In this document: positions 17,918-26,810 of the stretch, piece after piece
Numbering within the stretch: the first letter of the stretch is position 1
How the letters are laid out: the number at the start of each line of letters is the position of its first letter
Sequence record: NC_019405.1
Length of the DNA: 64,000 nt
Strand: one strand, 5' to 3'
Notes under the pieces: model-generated
The model's database searches: none
The model's input: only the letters and a program-made list of their open reading frames with translations
What the model was told of the DNA's origin: nothing
Position numbers and translations under genes: made by a program

Positions 17918-17945
17918 CGCCCTCGACGACAACGAGGAGGCTTCG

Positions 17946-18329
17946 ATGAAGCTCGCGACCCAAGACCGCACCGACCCGCGCCTGAACGCGCGCTACCGTC
18001 TCGCCAAGGCGGTGTTCTACTATGGCGGCCCGCACGAGTACCCGATCCACCTGAACGACTGGTGGAACGAGGTGACGCCGGCCGACGTCGAGGACCGCAT
18101 CTCCGAACTCTGCCGCGAACTGTCCAAGCTGTCGGGCCAGACCCTGGCGCCGGCGACCTTCTACGAACGGATGAAGCTGGGCTTCGTCGACCTCCCGGAA
18201 GTGAAGGACGAGGACTTCGCCGCCCTGTCGGAGACGACCCGCAACAACCTGCTCGCCATGCAGGACCGCTTCTCGGTCCACGGGAGCGGCTTCATGCTCT
18301 ACTGGAACATCGTCAAAGAGGAGGCCTGA
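17946..18329 (+). CDS. hypothetical protein, 127 aa
   Basis: start moved to ATG 17946 (GAGGAGG SD); the track's TTG is the -35 box. Confidence 0.75.
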   Translation: MKLATQDRTDPRLNARYRLAKAVFYYGGPHEYPIHLNDWWNEVTPADVEDRISELCRELSKLSGQTLAPATFYERMKLGFVDLPEVKDEDFAALSETTRNNLLAMQDRFSVHGSGFMLYWNIVKEEA

Positions 18330-18332
18330 GCC

Positions 18333-18692
18333 TTGGATCGCAACGACCCCGCCAAGCCCATGTGCAAGATCGCCGTCCTGGCCGGCCCCCTGTGGGAGGT
18401 CGACACCGACAATTGCGAGACCCTGCTGGTCCCGGTCAAGGATGTTCCCCACCCCTGCGCCGAGAACTTCCAGGACGAGATCGACATGGCCTTGAACATG
18501 AGCGGCGAGGCCATGGACTGGCGCCGCGTCGAGGGCTTCGCCGCCGTCCTGCGCGACCCGCGCGGCTCGGACATGTCGCCCGTCGAGGGTCCGTTCGCCA
18601 GCGCCCAGGAGGCCTTCAACTACGTCAAGGACCAGTGGAGCGACCGCATCCCCGGATCGATGGGGCTGGCTCCCTACGAGGCCCCACAATGA
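18333..18692 (+). CDS. hypothetical protein, 119 aa
   Basis: GAGGAGG SD, TTG start. Confidence 0.65.
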   Translation: MDRNDPAKPMCKIAVLAGPLWEVDTDNCETLLVPVKDVPHPCAENFQDEIDMALNMSGEAMDWRRVEGFAAVLRDPRGSDMSPVEGPFASAQEAFNYVKDQWSDRIPGSMGLAPYEAPQ

Positions 18693-18958
18693 TCAAGATC
18701 ACGCGCCGCATGACCTGGGCTGACGCCGGCCGCTGCTCCAAGACCGACTGGACCGCGTGGCTCATCCCCGCCGGCCCACTGATCGCGGCGCTGCCGTTCG
18801 CCGCCCTGACCGGCGCGTGCCTGTCGATCAAGGACCCGACCCACACCAATCTGGCCATCGCCTTGCTGCCCGGCGCGGCGATGCTCTTCAACGGCTGGAT
18901 GGCGACGTTCGCCTTCGACCAGTTCCTGCGCGGGCGGGCCGGCGAGGAGGTCCGCTGA
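18689..18958 (+). CDS. small membrane protein, 89 aa
   Basis: ATGA coupling; two hydrophobic segments. Confidence 0.65.
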   Translation: MIKITRRMTWADAGRCSKTDWTAWLIPAGPLIAALPFAALTGACLSIKDPTHTNLAIALLPGAAMLFNGWMATFAFDQFLRGRAGEEVR

Positions 18959-18959
18959 C

Positions 18960-19388
18960 ATGAAGCTCTTCATCATCATCCTGGCGGCGATCCTGTGGCT
19001 GGGTGACACCGCCCGCGCCCAGTCCCTGCCGTTCCGCCTGACCCAGCCGCTGAACTACGGCAGTGATCTCCACTACACCGAGACGCGCGACGCGTCCGCC
19101 TCGCGCGAGCCGCTCAAGCGGGTGATCGTCGACCTGTCGCGCTCGTCCACGGTGGTCATCGAGCGGGCCTGGACCTACGCCGAACTCGCTGGCGCCCAGA
19201 CGACCTGCGGCGAGATCGTCCTCAACGGCCGCCATCAGAGATTCGTCCTCCAGGAAGGCCCCAAGACCGCCGTGATCGGCCCGGCGGTGCCCGCCTACTT
19301 CTGGTCGCTCGACGTGCCGGACTACCAGTTCCGCAACGCCGGGTGCCTGCGCGACCGCGCCGCCCTGATCATCCCGCCGAGGTTCTGA
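18960..19388 (+). CDS. putative exported protein, 142 aa
   Basis: Sec-type signal MKLFIIILAAILWLGDTARA. Confidence 0.7.
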   Translation: MKLFIIILAAILWLGDTARAQSLPFRLTQPLNYGSDLHYTETRDASASREPLKRVIVDLSRSSTVVIERAWTYAELAGAQTTCGEIVLNGRHQRFVLQEGPKTAVIGPAVPAYFWSLDVPDYQFRNAGCLRDRAALIIPPRF

Positions 19389-19404
19389 TCCTGGCGTTCT
19401 TGTG

Positions 19405-19434
19405 TTGACAAGGCCGGAGCCGCTGGCCTAGAAC
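19405..19434 (+). promoter_or_regulatory. sigma70-type promoter cassette
   Basis: GTGTTGACA-18-TAGAAC, ACGACAA at 19442-19448, AGGAGG SD. Confidence 0.75.
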
Positions 19435-19459
19435 GTCGTGGACGACAACAGGAGGGACC

Positions 19460-19816
19460 ATGCCGCTCTACGACTTTCCGACCGGACCGACCACGATGGA
19501 GGACATCGAGGCGTTCGTCGCCGGCGCCCAGGCGGTGGTGACCGCCCAACTGGCCAAGGCCTTTCCCGGCGTGTCCGCGCCGGTCCTGGAGATCGCGCCG
19601 GTTCACCCGAGCAGCCAGTTCGCCAAGATCGTCGCGGTCGACGCCAGCCAGCGCTCGGCCTGGGCGTTCGTCCGACTGGAGAACGGCCTGATCTATAAGC
19701 CCTCGTCGTGGAAGGTGCCAGCCAAGCATGCGCGCGGCACGATCCATACCGCCGCGCACGGCGCCGAGTACGTCGACTGGACCGGCCCCCGCTATGTGAA
19801 GGACCTGCGTCGATGA
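19460..19816 (+). CDS. hypothetical phage protein, 118 aa
   Basis: FAKIV...GLIYKPSSWKVPAKHARG motif. Confidence 0.75.
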   Translation: MPLYDFPTGPTTMEDIEAFVAGAQAVVTAQLAKAFPGVSAPVLEIAPVHPSSQFAKIVAVDASQRSAWAFVRLENGLIYKPSSWKVPAKHARGTIHTAAHGAEYVDWTGPRYVKDLRR

Positions 19817-20079
19817 GGAACTTCTCCGTTCTCCTGTCGCTTCATGACGAGCGCCGGCTCTACGTGGTCGAGGCGTCGGACCCCGGCAAGGCGGTGGCCT
19901 TCGCCAAGCGCGTGGCGGCGGCGCACGACACCGTCGGCTCCAACTGGGAGATGGAAGTCGTCTTCCACGGCGCTTCCTACCTCGCCATGAAGGGCGCTTC
20001 CGTCAAGGTCATCGATCTGCGCTCCAGCGCGCAGGAACAGGAACCGGTGCCGCACGCTCAGCGTGGGGGTGGCTGCTGA
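19813..20079 (+). CDS. hypothetical protein, 88 aa
   Basis: start moved to ATG 19813 (ATGA coupling). Confidence 0.65.
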   Translation: MRNFSVLLSLHDERRLYVVEASDPGKAVAFAKRVAAAHDTVGSNWEMEVVFHGASYLAMKGASVKVIDLRSSAQEQEPVPHAQRGGGC

Positions 20080-20492
20080 TGCGCGTCGAGGACGGAAAGG
20101 CCATCGTCGATGACGTCTGGGCGGTGGTCAAGGGCCACCTGCCCGGCGCCATCCATTTTGTGCGCCTCAACTGGGTCGGCCGGCTGCTGCACGGCGGCGA
20201 CATGCTCCACTACTGGGGCATCCAACAGCCGACTCAGATTCCCGGCGTCGCCTATGTCTGGGACGACGAGACGAACGGCGGGCCGCTCGGCGGCTGGATG
20301 GGTCCGGAGACCAAGATCATCGCCCGCTTCGCCGACCAGCGCCAGGGCCTGGACGTCCTGCGCGCGGCGATGGAGACCAAGGCGCGCTTCGACGCCCTGG
20401 TCCGCCAGGGCGAGGACTTGCTGCTCGCCCTCAAGGCCCAGCGTGACCAAGCCCTGTTCGCGGCCTTGACCCAGGGGGTTCCCGAGGCATGA
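20079..20492 (+). CDS. hypothetical protein, 137 aa
   Basis: TGATG coupling. Confidence 0.7.
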   Translation: MRVEDGKAIVDDVWAVVKGHLPGAIHFVRLNWVGRLLHGGDMLHYWGIQQPTQIPGVAYVWDDETNGGPLGGWMGPETKIIARFADQRQGLDVLRAAMETKARFDALVRQGEDLLLALKAQRDQALFAALTQGVPEA

Positions 20493-20899
20493 GCTTTGCG
20501 ATCCGCTACTTCCCCGGCCCGCGCCTGGGCTATGGCAAGGTCGTTTCCCGGCACGGGATGCACGTCCTCTTTCAGGCCTATGCCGGGAATGAACCCCAGC
20601 CGGGGACCCTGCCCGAGGTCGTTCACTGGGACGACATCATCGAAGGTCGCTTTGCCTCGGTCGCCAAGGTCATCCTGGCGATCGACGAATCCATGCGCTG
20701 GTTCAAGGCCCTGGAAGCCGAGCGCGGCACCGAGCAGTCCGCCGAGGTCCTCATGACGCATCTGCGGCGCTATGAGCGCGACGACTGCGAGGTTTGCCAC
20801 GGCGCGCGCGGCGGGGTGCGGGGCAACGAGAACATCGTCGATGGCAAGGTGGTCTGCGACTACTGCACCATGGACATCCTCGACGCGAGGAAAAGCTGA
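20489..20899 (+). CDS. hypothetical protein with C-terminal zinc ribbon
   Basis: CEVCHG...GNEN....CDYC. Confidence 0.7.
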   Translation: MSFAIRYFPGPRLGYGKVVSRHGMHVLFQAYAGNEPQPGTLPEVVHWDDIIEGRFASVAKVILAIDESMRWFKALEAERGTEQSAEVLMTHLRRYERDDCEVCHGARGGVRGNENIVDGKVVCDYCTMDILDARKS

Positions 20900-21114
20900 T
20901 GGGGGCCTACGCCTACTGCCAGAATCCCGACTGCGACGCGCCGCAGGATCGTCCGACGGCCCGCGAGGTCGTGGAGCGCGAGCGCCGCTGCTACGCCTGC
21001 GGTAAGGCCGTTCCGGTCTATGACGACTTGGCCGACGTCCTCGAACGGATGGAGAGCCGGATTGACGATCTGGAAGCCGAGGTCAAGGCCCTGAAGGAAG
21101 GCGGAACCGAATGA
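20899..21114 (+). CDS. zinc-ribbon plus coiled-coil protein, 71 aa
   Basis: start moved to ATG 20899; CQNPDC...CYAC then heptad helix. Confidence 0.7.
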   Translation: MGAYAYCQNPDCDAPQDRPTAREVVERERRCYACGKAVPVYDDLADVLERMESRIDDLEAEVKALKEGGTE

Positions 21115-21509
21115 CCGCGACCCGCCAGGAAATCAAGGACGTCCTCGACCGCGTGGCGAACCTGCGCGAGCCTGACCGTGATGTCGAGCTTGCCGTCTGG
21201 AACATCGTCAGCACCCAGGGCCGCTGGGCGTGGCACGCCCGCCACGAGACGATCCACCAGATCGCCAGCGATGGGCGGTATGGCTTCGGCATCTGCTCGC
21301 TAGAGCGCCTGACCTCGTCGATCAACGACGTGCTGTCGTTCGCCCACTATGCCGATCTCCATCCCCTCGAACTCCTGGAGAAGGGTCTGGCGCGGGTCAA
21401 GCTGCTCCCACGCCACCTCTACGACCAGGACTACGAGGTCCAATTCTTCCTCTGCCGCGACATGCTCAGGGTGATCCTGGAGCATTGTCTTGAGAAGGCC
21501 CGCACATGA
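21111..21509 (+). CDS. hypothetical protein, 132 aa
   Basis: ATGA coupling, GAAGGAAGG SD. Confidence 0.7.
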   Translation: MTATRQEIKDVLDRVANLREPDRDVELAVWNIVSTQGRWAWHARHETIHQIASDGRYGFGICSLERLTSSINDVLSFAHYADLHPLELLEKGLARVKLLPRHLYDQDYEVQFFLCRDMLRVILEHCLEKART

Positions 21510-21895
21510 GCTTCGTCTATCTTGCGATCCCCTATACCTCCCAACTGGAGGACGAGGCCGAAGCCAAGGCCGAGCGCGACGCCCGAATGGTTGAATTCTG
21601 GAAGGCCGCCGCCTTTCTGATCGACCGGGGCGATCACGTCGTCTCGCCCATGACCCTGGAGCCGGCCCTGGTCGCCGTGCCCGACATGCCCTACCGCTGG
21701 GAGCACTGGAAGGAATACTCGATCAAGATGATCGGGATTTCATCGAAGCTGGTGGTCCTGCAACTGCCCGGCTGGTCGACGAGCCGGGGTGTCATCGGCG
21801 AGATGCACGCGGCGGGCGAAGCCGGCATCGAGATCGAGTTCCTGACCCTTCAGACGGTCGCGACGTGGCTGAGCACCAGGGAGATTGAAGCGTGA
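21506..21895 (+). CDS. DUF1937-like protein (nucleoside deoxyribosyltransferase-like fold)
   Basis: VYLAIPYT...V.SP...W..W...VLQLPGW..SRGV..E...A...GI pattern. Confidence 0.7.
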   Translation: MSFVYLAIPYTSQLEDEAEAKAERDARMVEFWKAAAFLIDRGDHVVSPMTLEPALVAVPDMPYRWEHWKEYSIKMIGISSKLVVLQLPGWSTSRGVIGEMHAAGEAGIEIEFLTLQTVATWLSTREIEA

Positions 21896-22347
21896 TCCAG
21901 TTCCTCAAGGACATCACGGGCGTCACCGCGCGCGAGGACGCCCTGGAGCGCGCAAAAGCCAAGGCCCTGCATGCCAATCAGTTGGCTCAGGCGCGCAAGG
22001 TCGGGGAATTTCAGGTGGTGCAGGAAGACCGCAAACTCTTCCACTATCAACTGTTTCTCACCCCCTCCACGCTCGACGGGTCTTGGTTTTACCTGGGGAG
22101 CTACGGCCACATCTGTAGCCGGGTCAACGCCCACTCCTTCTCGTCTCTGGAAGAGGCCAAGGTGGCGGGTGCGGCGGCGGGCGCTCAATGCCGCGAGCGC
22201 ATCGCCGGCGAGATGGAGCGCCAGCAGCAGTTCCGCAATATCTACGCCCCGCCGGAGTTCCTGGCCAAATCCGTCAACGCCTTCAAGTCGAGTGAGGACC
22301 TGCTGATCGAGGTCGCGCGGACGGTGTCCCAGAGGTACCAGCGATGA
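21892..22347 (+). CDS. hypothetical protein, 151 aa
   Basis: GTGA coupling. Confidence 0.65.
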   Translation: MIQFLKDITGVTAREDALERAKAKALHANQLAQARKVGEFQVVQEDRKLFHYQLFLTPSTLDGSWFYLGSYGHICSRVNAHSFSSLEEAKVAGAAAGAQCRERIAGEMERQQQFRNIYAPPEFLAKSVNAFKSSEDLLIEVARTVSQRYQR

Positions 22348-22610
22348 GCGCGGTCGCTCTGAAGTTCGACACGCTCGCCGACGCCGAGATGGCGGTCGCC
22401 CAGGCGCTCTACGAGCACTGGGTGCGGAGCGAGCGCGCGCGTCATGTCACCTGGAACCTCCCCGGCTGGGTCGAGCCGCCCGCCTGGGCGGACATGAACT
22501 GGACCGAGCGCACCCACTGGCTGGTCGAGGCCGGCCTCGTCGTCGACTGCCTGCTCGAATTCGTCAAGAACAACCCCGGCGCCTATGGAGAGAGCCATGA
22601 ACCGTCGTGA
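22344..22610 (+). CDS. hypothetical Trp-rich protein, 88 aa
   Basis: ATGA coupling. Confidence 0.65.
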   Translation: MSAVALKFDTLADAEMAVAQALYEHWVRSERARHVTWNLPGWVEPPAWADMNWTERTHWLVEAGLVVDCLLEFVKNNPGAYGESHEPS

Positions 22611-23217
22611 ACTGATCCTGGGCGCCGGCGCGGTCGTCGCGGCCTCGGCCCTGCCGACCGTGGTCGAGGCCGCGCGCGTCAAGCCCATTCGACGCCTGCT
22701 CCTGGAGAGCGGCTTCGTCCAGCACGAGACCTTCGCCACCTCCTGGATGGCGACCTGGACGGAAGACTCCCACGCCTCGCGGCATGCCGAGGTCGTGCGC
22801 GCCTGGATCGACGAAACGGTCCAGAGCGGCTATCTCAAGTGCGGCGGCGAGACCTACATCCTCGATAAGCACGTGCGGCTTCCGCAGGTGGACTTCACGA
22901 TCTCGCCGACCGACAAGGTCTGGTCGCACTGGTCGGGCTGGGTCGAGGAGGCGGGGCTGAAGGTCGTCGTGCGCGTGCTCGCGTCCGATCCCCAGGTCGA
23001 TGCGACCTTCGATCCGGTCTATCTGATGAAGACCCGTTGGCAGGCCGACGGGACCCAGGCTCCGGAGGAGACGCGCTACCTCGTCCGCCGGCCGCTCCTG
23101 CGTTACCACGAGGAGCGCGAGCTTCGCTACGCCCTCGGAGACACCGCCGGCTACTCGCCGAACTCGTTGATCGAGTTCGACAATAGCTGGCTTCTCGATA
23201 TGGCGAAAAGCGCATGA
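22597..23217 (+). CDS. putative twin-arginine (Tat) signal protein, 206 aa
   Basis: start moved to ATG 22597: MNRRELILGAGAVVAASALPTVVEAA. Confidence 0.65.
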   Translation: MNRRELILGAGAVVAASALPTVVEAARVKPIRRLLLESGFVQHETFATSWMATWTEDSHASRHAEVVRAWIDETVQSGYLKCGGETYILDKHVRLPQVDFTISPTDKVWSHWSGWVEEAGLKVVVRVLASDPQVDATFDPVYLMKTRWQADGTQAPEETRYLVRRPLLRYHEERELRYALGDTAGYSPNSLIEFDNSWLLDMAKSA

Positions 23218-23714
23218 TCCGCTCGCGTAACGAGCCGCCCGAGGTCACCGCCAGCAAGATGGCCGAGCGGTGGTCGGCCCAAAAGAACCTCATCAGCGGT
23301 TTCCTGGCGGGGCCGGCGGAGGCGCTGAACGCCAATTGGCAGTATGTGAGCGCGCTCCTCTGGGCGCACTGTGATCTGCGGGTCGTGGGGGATTGGCAGG
23401 ACCGCCCGGTGCGAGGCTGGACGGCCGAGTCCATCAACGCGCCGTTCGACATCTGCATGATCGAGGACCGTGCCTCGGCGACGATCCAGAACGGCGATCT
23501 CGCCGTGACCATGCTCACCACGCTCCTGCCGCATGCGGAGATCACGATCACCAAGGCGTCCGGACGCAACTGGGATTGGGAAGTCCTGGTCGACACCCGT
23601 TTCGCCGCCCACGCCAAGTTCGAGGGCATGGTCTGGGGCTTTGGCCCCAGCATCGCCCTGGCGGCTTGGCGCGCCTATTTCAGCTACGTCAACAAGGAGC
23701 CCACCGATGTCTGA
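23214..23714 (+). CDS. hypothetical protein, 166 aa
   Basis: ATGA coupling. Confidence 0.7.
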   Translation: MIRSRNEPPEVTASKMAERWSAQKNLISGFLAGPAEALNANWQYVSALLWAHCDLRVVGDWQDRPVRGWTAESINAPFDICMIEDRASATIQNGDLAVTMLTTLLPHAEITITKASGRNWDWEVLVDTRFAAHAKFEGMVWGFGPSIALAAWRAYFSYVNKEPTDV

Positions 23715-23925
23715 CGTCTTCGACGAGGTCGAGCGCCGCCTGAACCGCCGGCGTCCTGGCTTCTGGATTCACAAGGTCGCTATCGCGATCATCGTGGTGA
23801 TCGGCCTGTTGGTCGTCGCCGGCGCCGCCGTCCAGGTCTTCAACCCGACCCTGGCGGTCCAGTGGCAGGCCAAGCAGGACGCGGCCTATGACCGCGCCTA
23901 CGAAGAAGCCCGGCGGGCCGAGTGA
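23707..23925 (+). CDS. single-pass membrane protein, 72 aa
   Basis: AAGGAG SD, ATG 23707; one long hydrophobic helix. Confidence 0.7.
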   Translation: MSDVFDEVERRLNRRRPGFWIHKVAIAIIVVIGLLVVAGAAVQVFNPTLAVQWQAKQDAAYDRAYEEARRAE

Positions 23926-24416
23926 TGGCGATCTTCGCGCCTGAATACACCTGGGAGGCGATCGGCACCGATGTCGCCGTTGGCCTGACCGAGGCGGTGA
24001 TCCGGGGCGAGGCCGCGCCGGTCTGCGTCGGCTCCTCGCTGCACGCCATGGAATTCCATGTCATCTGGCGCGGCGATCTCTACCGGGCCTTCACCGGCAT
24101 GGGGAGCGATCCCGACTGGACCTGCGCCGAGAAGGGCGTGCGGGTTCCGCATCCGCTGGACGGCAAGAAGATCGACGAGATCGAGAAGGTCCAGTATCGC
24201 GACGAGGAACGCTACCGCCGCGAGATCGAGACCATGCCCGGCCGGCACCTCTACATCTGCCGCAAGACCGACGACCTCCAGGACATCCTCGCCCGCATCC
24301 CGATGGACCTGCGGATGCGCCACGAGATGTCGAACATGATCACCCTCCTGGCCCGGATGATGCTGGTCCAGAACTCCACCCGCACGCTTTCCCGCTCCAA
24401 ACTCGACCGGTTCTGA
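23925..24416 (+). CDS. hypothetical protein, 163 aa
   Basis: TGATG coupling. Confidence 0.7.
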   Translation: MAIFAPEYTWEAIGTDVAVGLTEAVIRGEAAPVCVGSSLHAMEFHVIWRGDLYRAFTGMGSDPDWTCAEKGVRVPHPLDGKKIDEIEKVQYRDEERYRREIETMPGRHLYICRKTDDLQDILARIPMDLRMRHEMSNMITLLARMMLVQNSTRTLSRSKLDRF

Positions 24417-24417
24417 C

Positions 24418-24939
24418 ATGACCACCCAACGCCTCGATTTCTCCAGCGACGTCAACTGGCCCCCGAAGGTCGACTTCGATCTCAAGAAGCTGCGCTACGA
24501 CGTGGCGGTCGAAATCCTGGAGACCCTGTGGCCCAAGCATCGCCACGACAAGCGCCACGACCTGTCGCTGCTGGGCTCGCTCTGCAAGGTCAAGTTCGGC
24601 GCGGCGGGCTTCAAGGCCGACGACATCAAGGAGCAGACCCTGGCGGTCATGCGCACGCTCGAAGCGGCCAACTTCGTGCGCAACGACGGCGGCGACTGGC
24701 ACCTGACGGCGACCGGGGCGATCTGGGTCCTGGTGGCCCGGACTGCGCCCTCGGGCTGGGCGACCGAGAGCGCCCTGCTTCACCACATCGAACTGGCGAC
24801 CTTCCCCGCCGCCGAGATCATCTGGGCGGTCGAGTCCTGCCCCTATTTCCACATCCGCAAGGGAAGCCTGTTCGACGACAAGGTCTTCGATCTCCAGGCC
24901 TACCAGCAGCCGCTCGACGGGTGGAACGGATGGCGCTGA
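24418..24939 (+). CDS. hypothetical protein with winged-helix-like segment, 173 aa
   Basis: VMRTLEAANFV....WHLTATG. Confidence 0.65.
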   Translation: MTTQRLDFSSDVNWPPKVDFDLKKLRYDVAVEILETLWPKHRHDKRHDLSLLGSLCKVKFGAAGFKADDIKEQTLAVMRTLEAANFVRNDGGDWHLTATGAIWVLVARTAPSGWATESALLHHIELATFPAAEIIWAVESCPYFHIRKGSLFDDKVFDLQAYQQPLDGWNGWR

Positions 24940-25466
24940 TCCCCAAGACCTGGGACAGCCTGATTCTCGACCTGCGGACCGCCGCCGAGGACAAGGACCG
25001 CGAGGCCTGGGACGACGCGATCCAGGCCCTGGAAAGCGCCTTCGACGAGCATGTCGAGGGACCGCTGGAGAGCCATCCCAACACCCTGGCCTGGAAGAAG
25101 AGCCTCGACGAGAAGACGCGGTTCCTGGCCGGCTGGCGCCACTGGGGCGGCGGGGCGCGTGACGTCCCCGACGCCTACCGGGGCGACCCGCACTTCAACC
25201 GGGGCCGGTCCGGCGCGGCGATCGCCCAGGACATGAGCGCGGTGAAGGACCTTGACGCGTGTCACCATCCGGTCAAGCATCGGATCGCCGGCGGGGATAA
25301 TCAGGTCCTGCCGCGCCACCCGGCCGTCTATGGCTCCTACGCGGTCGAAATCTGCCGCCTCTGCCGGGGGTGGTCCCTGGTCCAGCACGGGACGCCCCGG
25401 TGGCGTCCTGGTCCGTACTATGACGCCTACGAGAAGGCGACGCGCGAGGAAGAGGAGCGCTGCTGA
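24930..25466 (+). CDS. hypothetical protein, 178 aa
   Basis: start moved to ATG 24930; CHHP...CRLC. Confidence 0.7.
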   Translation: MALIPKTWDSLILDLRTAAEDKDREAWDDAIQALESAFDEHVEGPLESHPNTLAWKKSLDEKTRFLAGWRHWGGGARDVPDAYRGDPHFNRGRSGAAIAQDMSAVKDLDACHHPVKHRIAGGDNQVLPRHPAVYGSYAVEICRLCRGWSLVQHGTPRWRPGPYYDAYEKATREEEERC

Positions 25467-26161
25467 TGCTCTATGTGTTCGGGGATATCCACGGCCGCCT
25501 CGACCTCCTGGAGAAGGCGCGACACGAAATCCGTGTACGCGGCGACTGCACGCAGATGATCTTCCTCGGGGACTATGTCGATCGCGGCCCTGACAGCAGG
25601 GGCGTGGTCGAGGCCGTGATGGCGCTCCAGGCCCAGGGCGAGATCGCCCTGATGGGCAACCATGAGGAAATGATGCTGACCGCCTGTCAGATCAAGTCCT
25701 ACAACGCCATGTCCAAGCTCTGGGTGTCGAACGGCGGCAAGCAGACCCTGAAGTCCTACGGCGCCGGCGACAATGCCTGGAACGCCAAGTGGGACCTGAT
25801 CCCCCAGGAGCACGTCGACTGGCTGGCGCGGCTCAAGCCGATCCACGAGACGCCGGGGCGGGTGTTCGTTCACGCCGGCCTCGCGCCGGGCGTGGCGGTC
25901 AAGATGCAGGAGGAGGAACACCTTCTCTGGATCAGGGACAAGTTCCTCAACGCCTCGGCCGACCAGTTCGAAAAGCACGTCGTCCACGGCCACACCCACA
26001 CCCATGCGCGCAAGAAGATCGAAGAGCCCGAGCTTCTCGCCCACCGGACCAACCTCGACACCGGGGCCTTCTATACCGGCGTCCTGGCCGTCGGGGTGTT
26101 CGATCCGGACGGCTATGGCGGACCCGAGGAGGTGCTGTTGATCCGCGAGGACGACGCATGA
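25466..26161 (+). CDS. metallophosphoesterase, Ser/Thr protein phosphatase (lambda PP/PrpA-like)
   Basis: GDIHG, GDYVDRGPDS, GNHE, VHAG, VVHGHTH, NLDTG motifs. Confidence 0.92.
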   Translation: MLYVFGDIHGRLDLLEKARHEIRVRGDCTQMIFLGDYVDRGPDSRGVVEAVMALQAQGEIALMGNHEEMMLTACQIKSYNAMSKLWVSNGGKQTLKSYGAGDNAWNAKWDLIPQEHVDWLARLKPIHETPGRVFVHAGLAPGVAVKMQEEEHLLWIRDKFLNASADQFEKHVVHGHTHTHARKKIEEPELLAHRTNLDTGAFYTGVLAVGVFDPDGYGGPEEVLLIREDDA

Positions 26162-26733
26162 TCCCAGACTTCGTCCAGAAGGCGCGCAAGCTCCTGCGCC
26201 TCTATGGCGACAAGCCCAAGGTCAAGCCGGCCGATCCCGCCGCGCCGCTCGGGGGAAGCGTGTCTTCGCCGCCCCTCCCGGCGGCGCCGTCTCTATCCTC
26301 CACCCACGGGTTCTGGGGCGGCCCTGGCGGCGGCTCGATCCACGTGGGCTCCGGCCATGCGACCGCCATGGGCTCGGGCGGGGGCGGTAGCACCCAAATC
26401 CTGGTCTACAACGGCGGGACGGTGGGCTGGGCGACCATGCCCCAGGCCGTGGTCACGGATGTCAAGACGGTCAGCAAGACGCGGCCCGGCCTGACGGCGG
26501 GAGAGGACGAGGTCATCACGACCATGGTTCGCTATGGCGATGTCGAACTGGTCCTGGAGCGCGACCGCAGGTTCGCCTTCGTCCGTTTCGGCCTGGAGCT
26601 TGCCTATCCCCGTGTCTCGGGCCGTATGCTCAAGTCCTTGATCAAGAAGGGCTATCTGAAGGCTATCGAGCATGACGAGATGGGCGGGCCGCAGGTGGTG
26701 GTGGTCGTGGCGGGCAAGGTCGCGGTCTGCTGA
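26158..26733 (+). CDS. hypothetical protein, 191 aa (Gly/Ser-rich N-terminus; C-terminal repeated-family motif)
   Basis: start moved to ATG 26158; RVSGRMLKSLIKKGYLKAIEHDEMG. Confidence 0.65.
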   Translation: MIPDFVQKARKLLRLYGDKPKVKPADPAAPLGGSVSSPPLPAAPSLSSTHGFWGGPGGGSIHVGSGHATAMGSGGGGSTQILVYNGGTVGWATMPQAVVTDVKTVSKTRPGLTAGEDEVITTMVRYGDVELVLERDRRFAFVRFGLELAYPRVSGRMLKSLIKKGYLKAIEHDEMGGPQVVVVVAGKVAVC

Positions 26734-26753
26734 ATTTTGTTGGCGTTAGAACG

Positions 26754-26782
26754 TTGACAGCCTCGGCGTGATGTCATAAAAG
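26754..26782 (+). promoter_or_regulatory. sigma70-type promoter cassette
   Basis: TTGACA-17-TAAAAG, GCCTCCTCG-ACGACAA-CGAGGAGGC. Confidence 0.8.
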
Positions 26783-26810
26783 CCTCCTCGACGACAACGA
26801 GGAGGCCCAC

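Noticed and set aside
17889-17945. TTG/GTG starts in the ORF track at 17889, 31771 and 57723
   Set aside because: They fall in -35 or -10 boxes of the promoter cassettes; SD-supported ATGs lie downstream
26782-26806. ACGACAA hairpin as a simple 5'-terminal RNA stem-loop of the local transcript
   Set aside because: The 5' arm starts within or just after the -10 hexamer, so it is mostly upstream of the expected TSS; kept only as a DNA element or read-through structure
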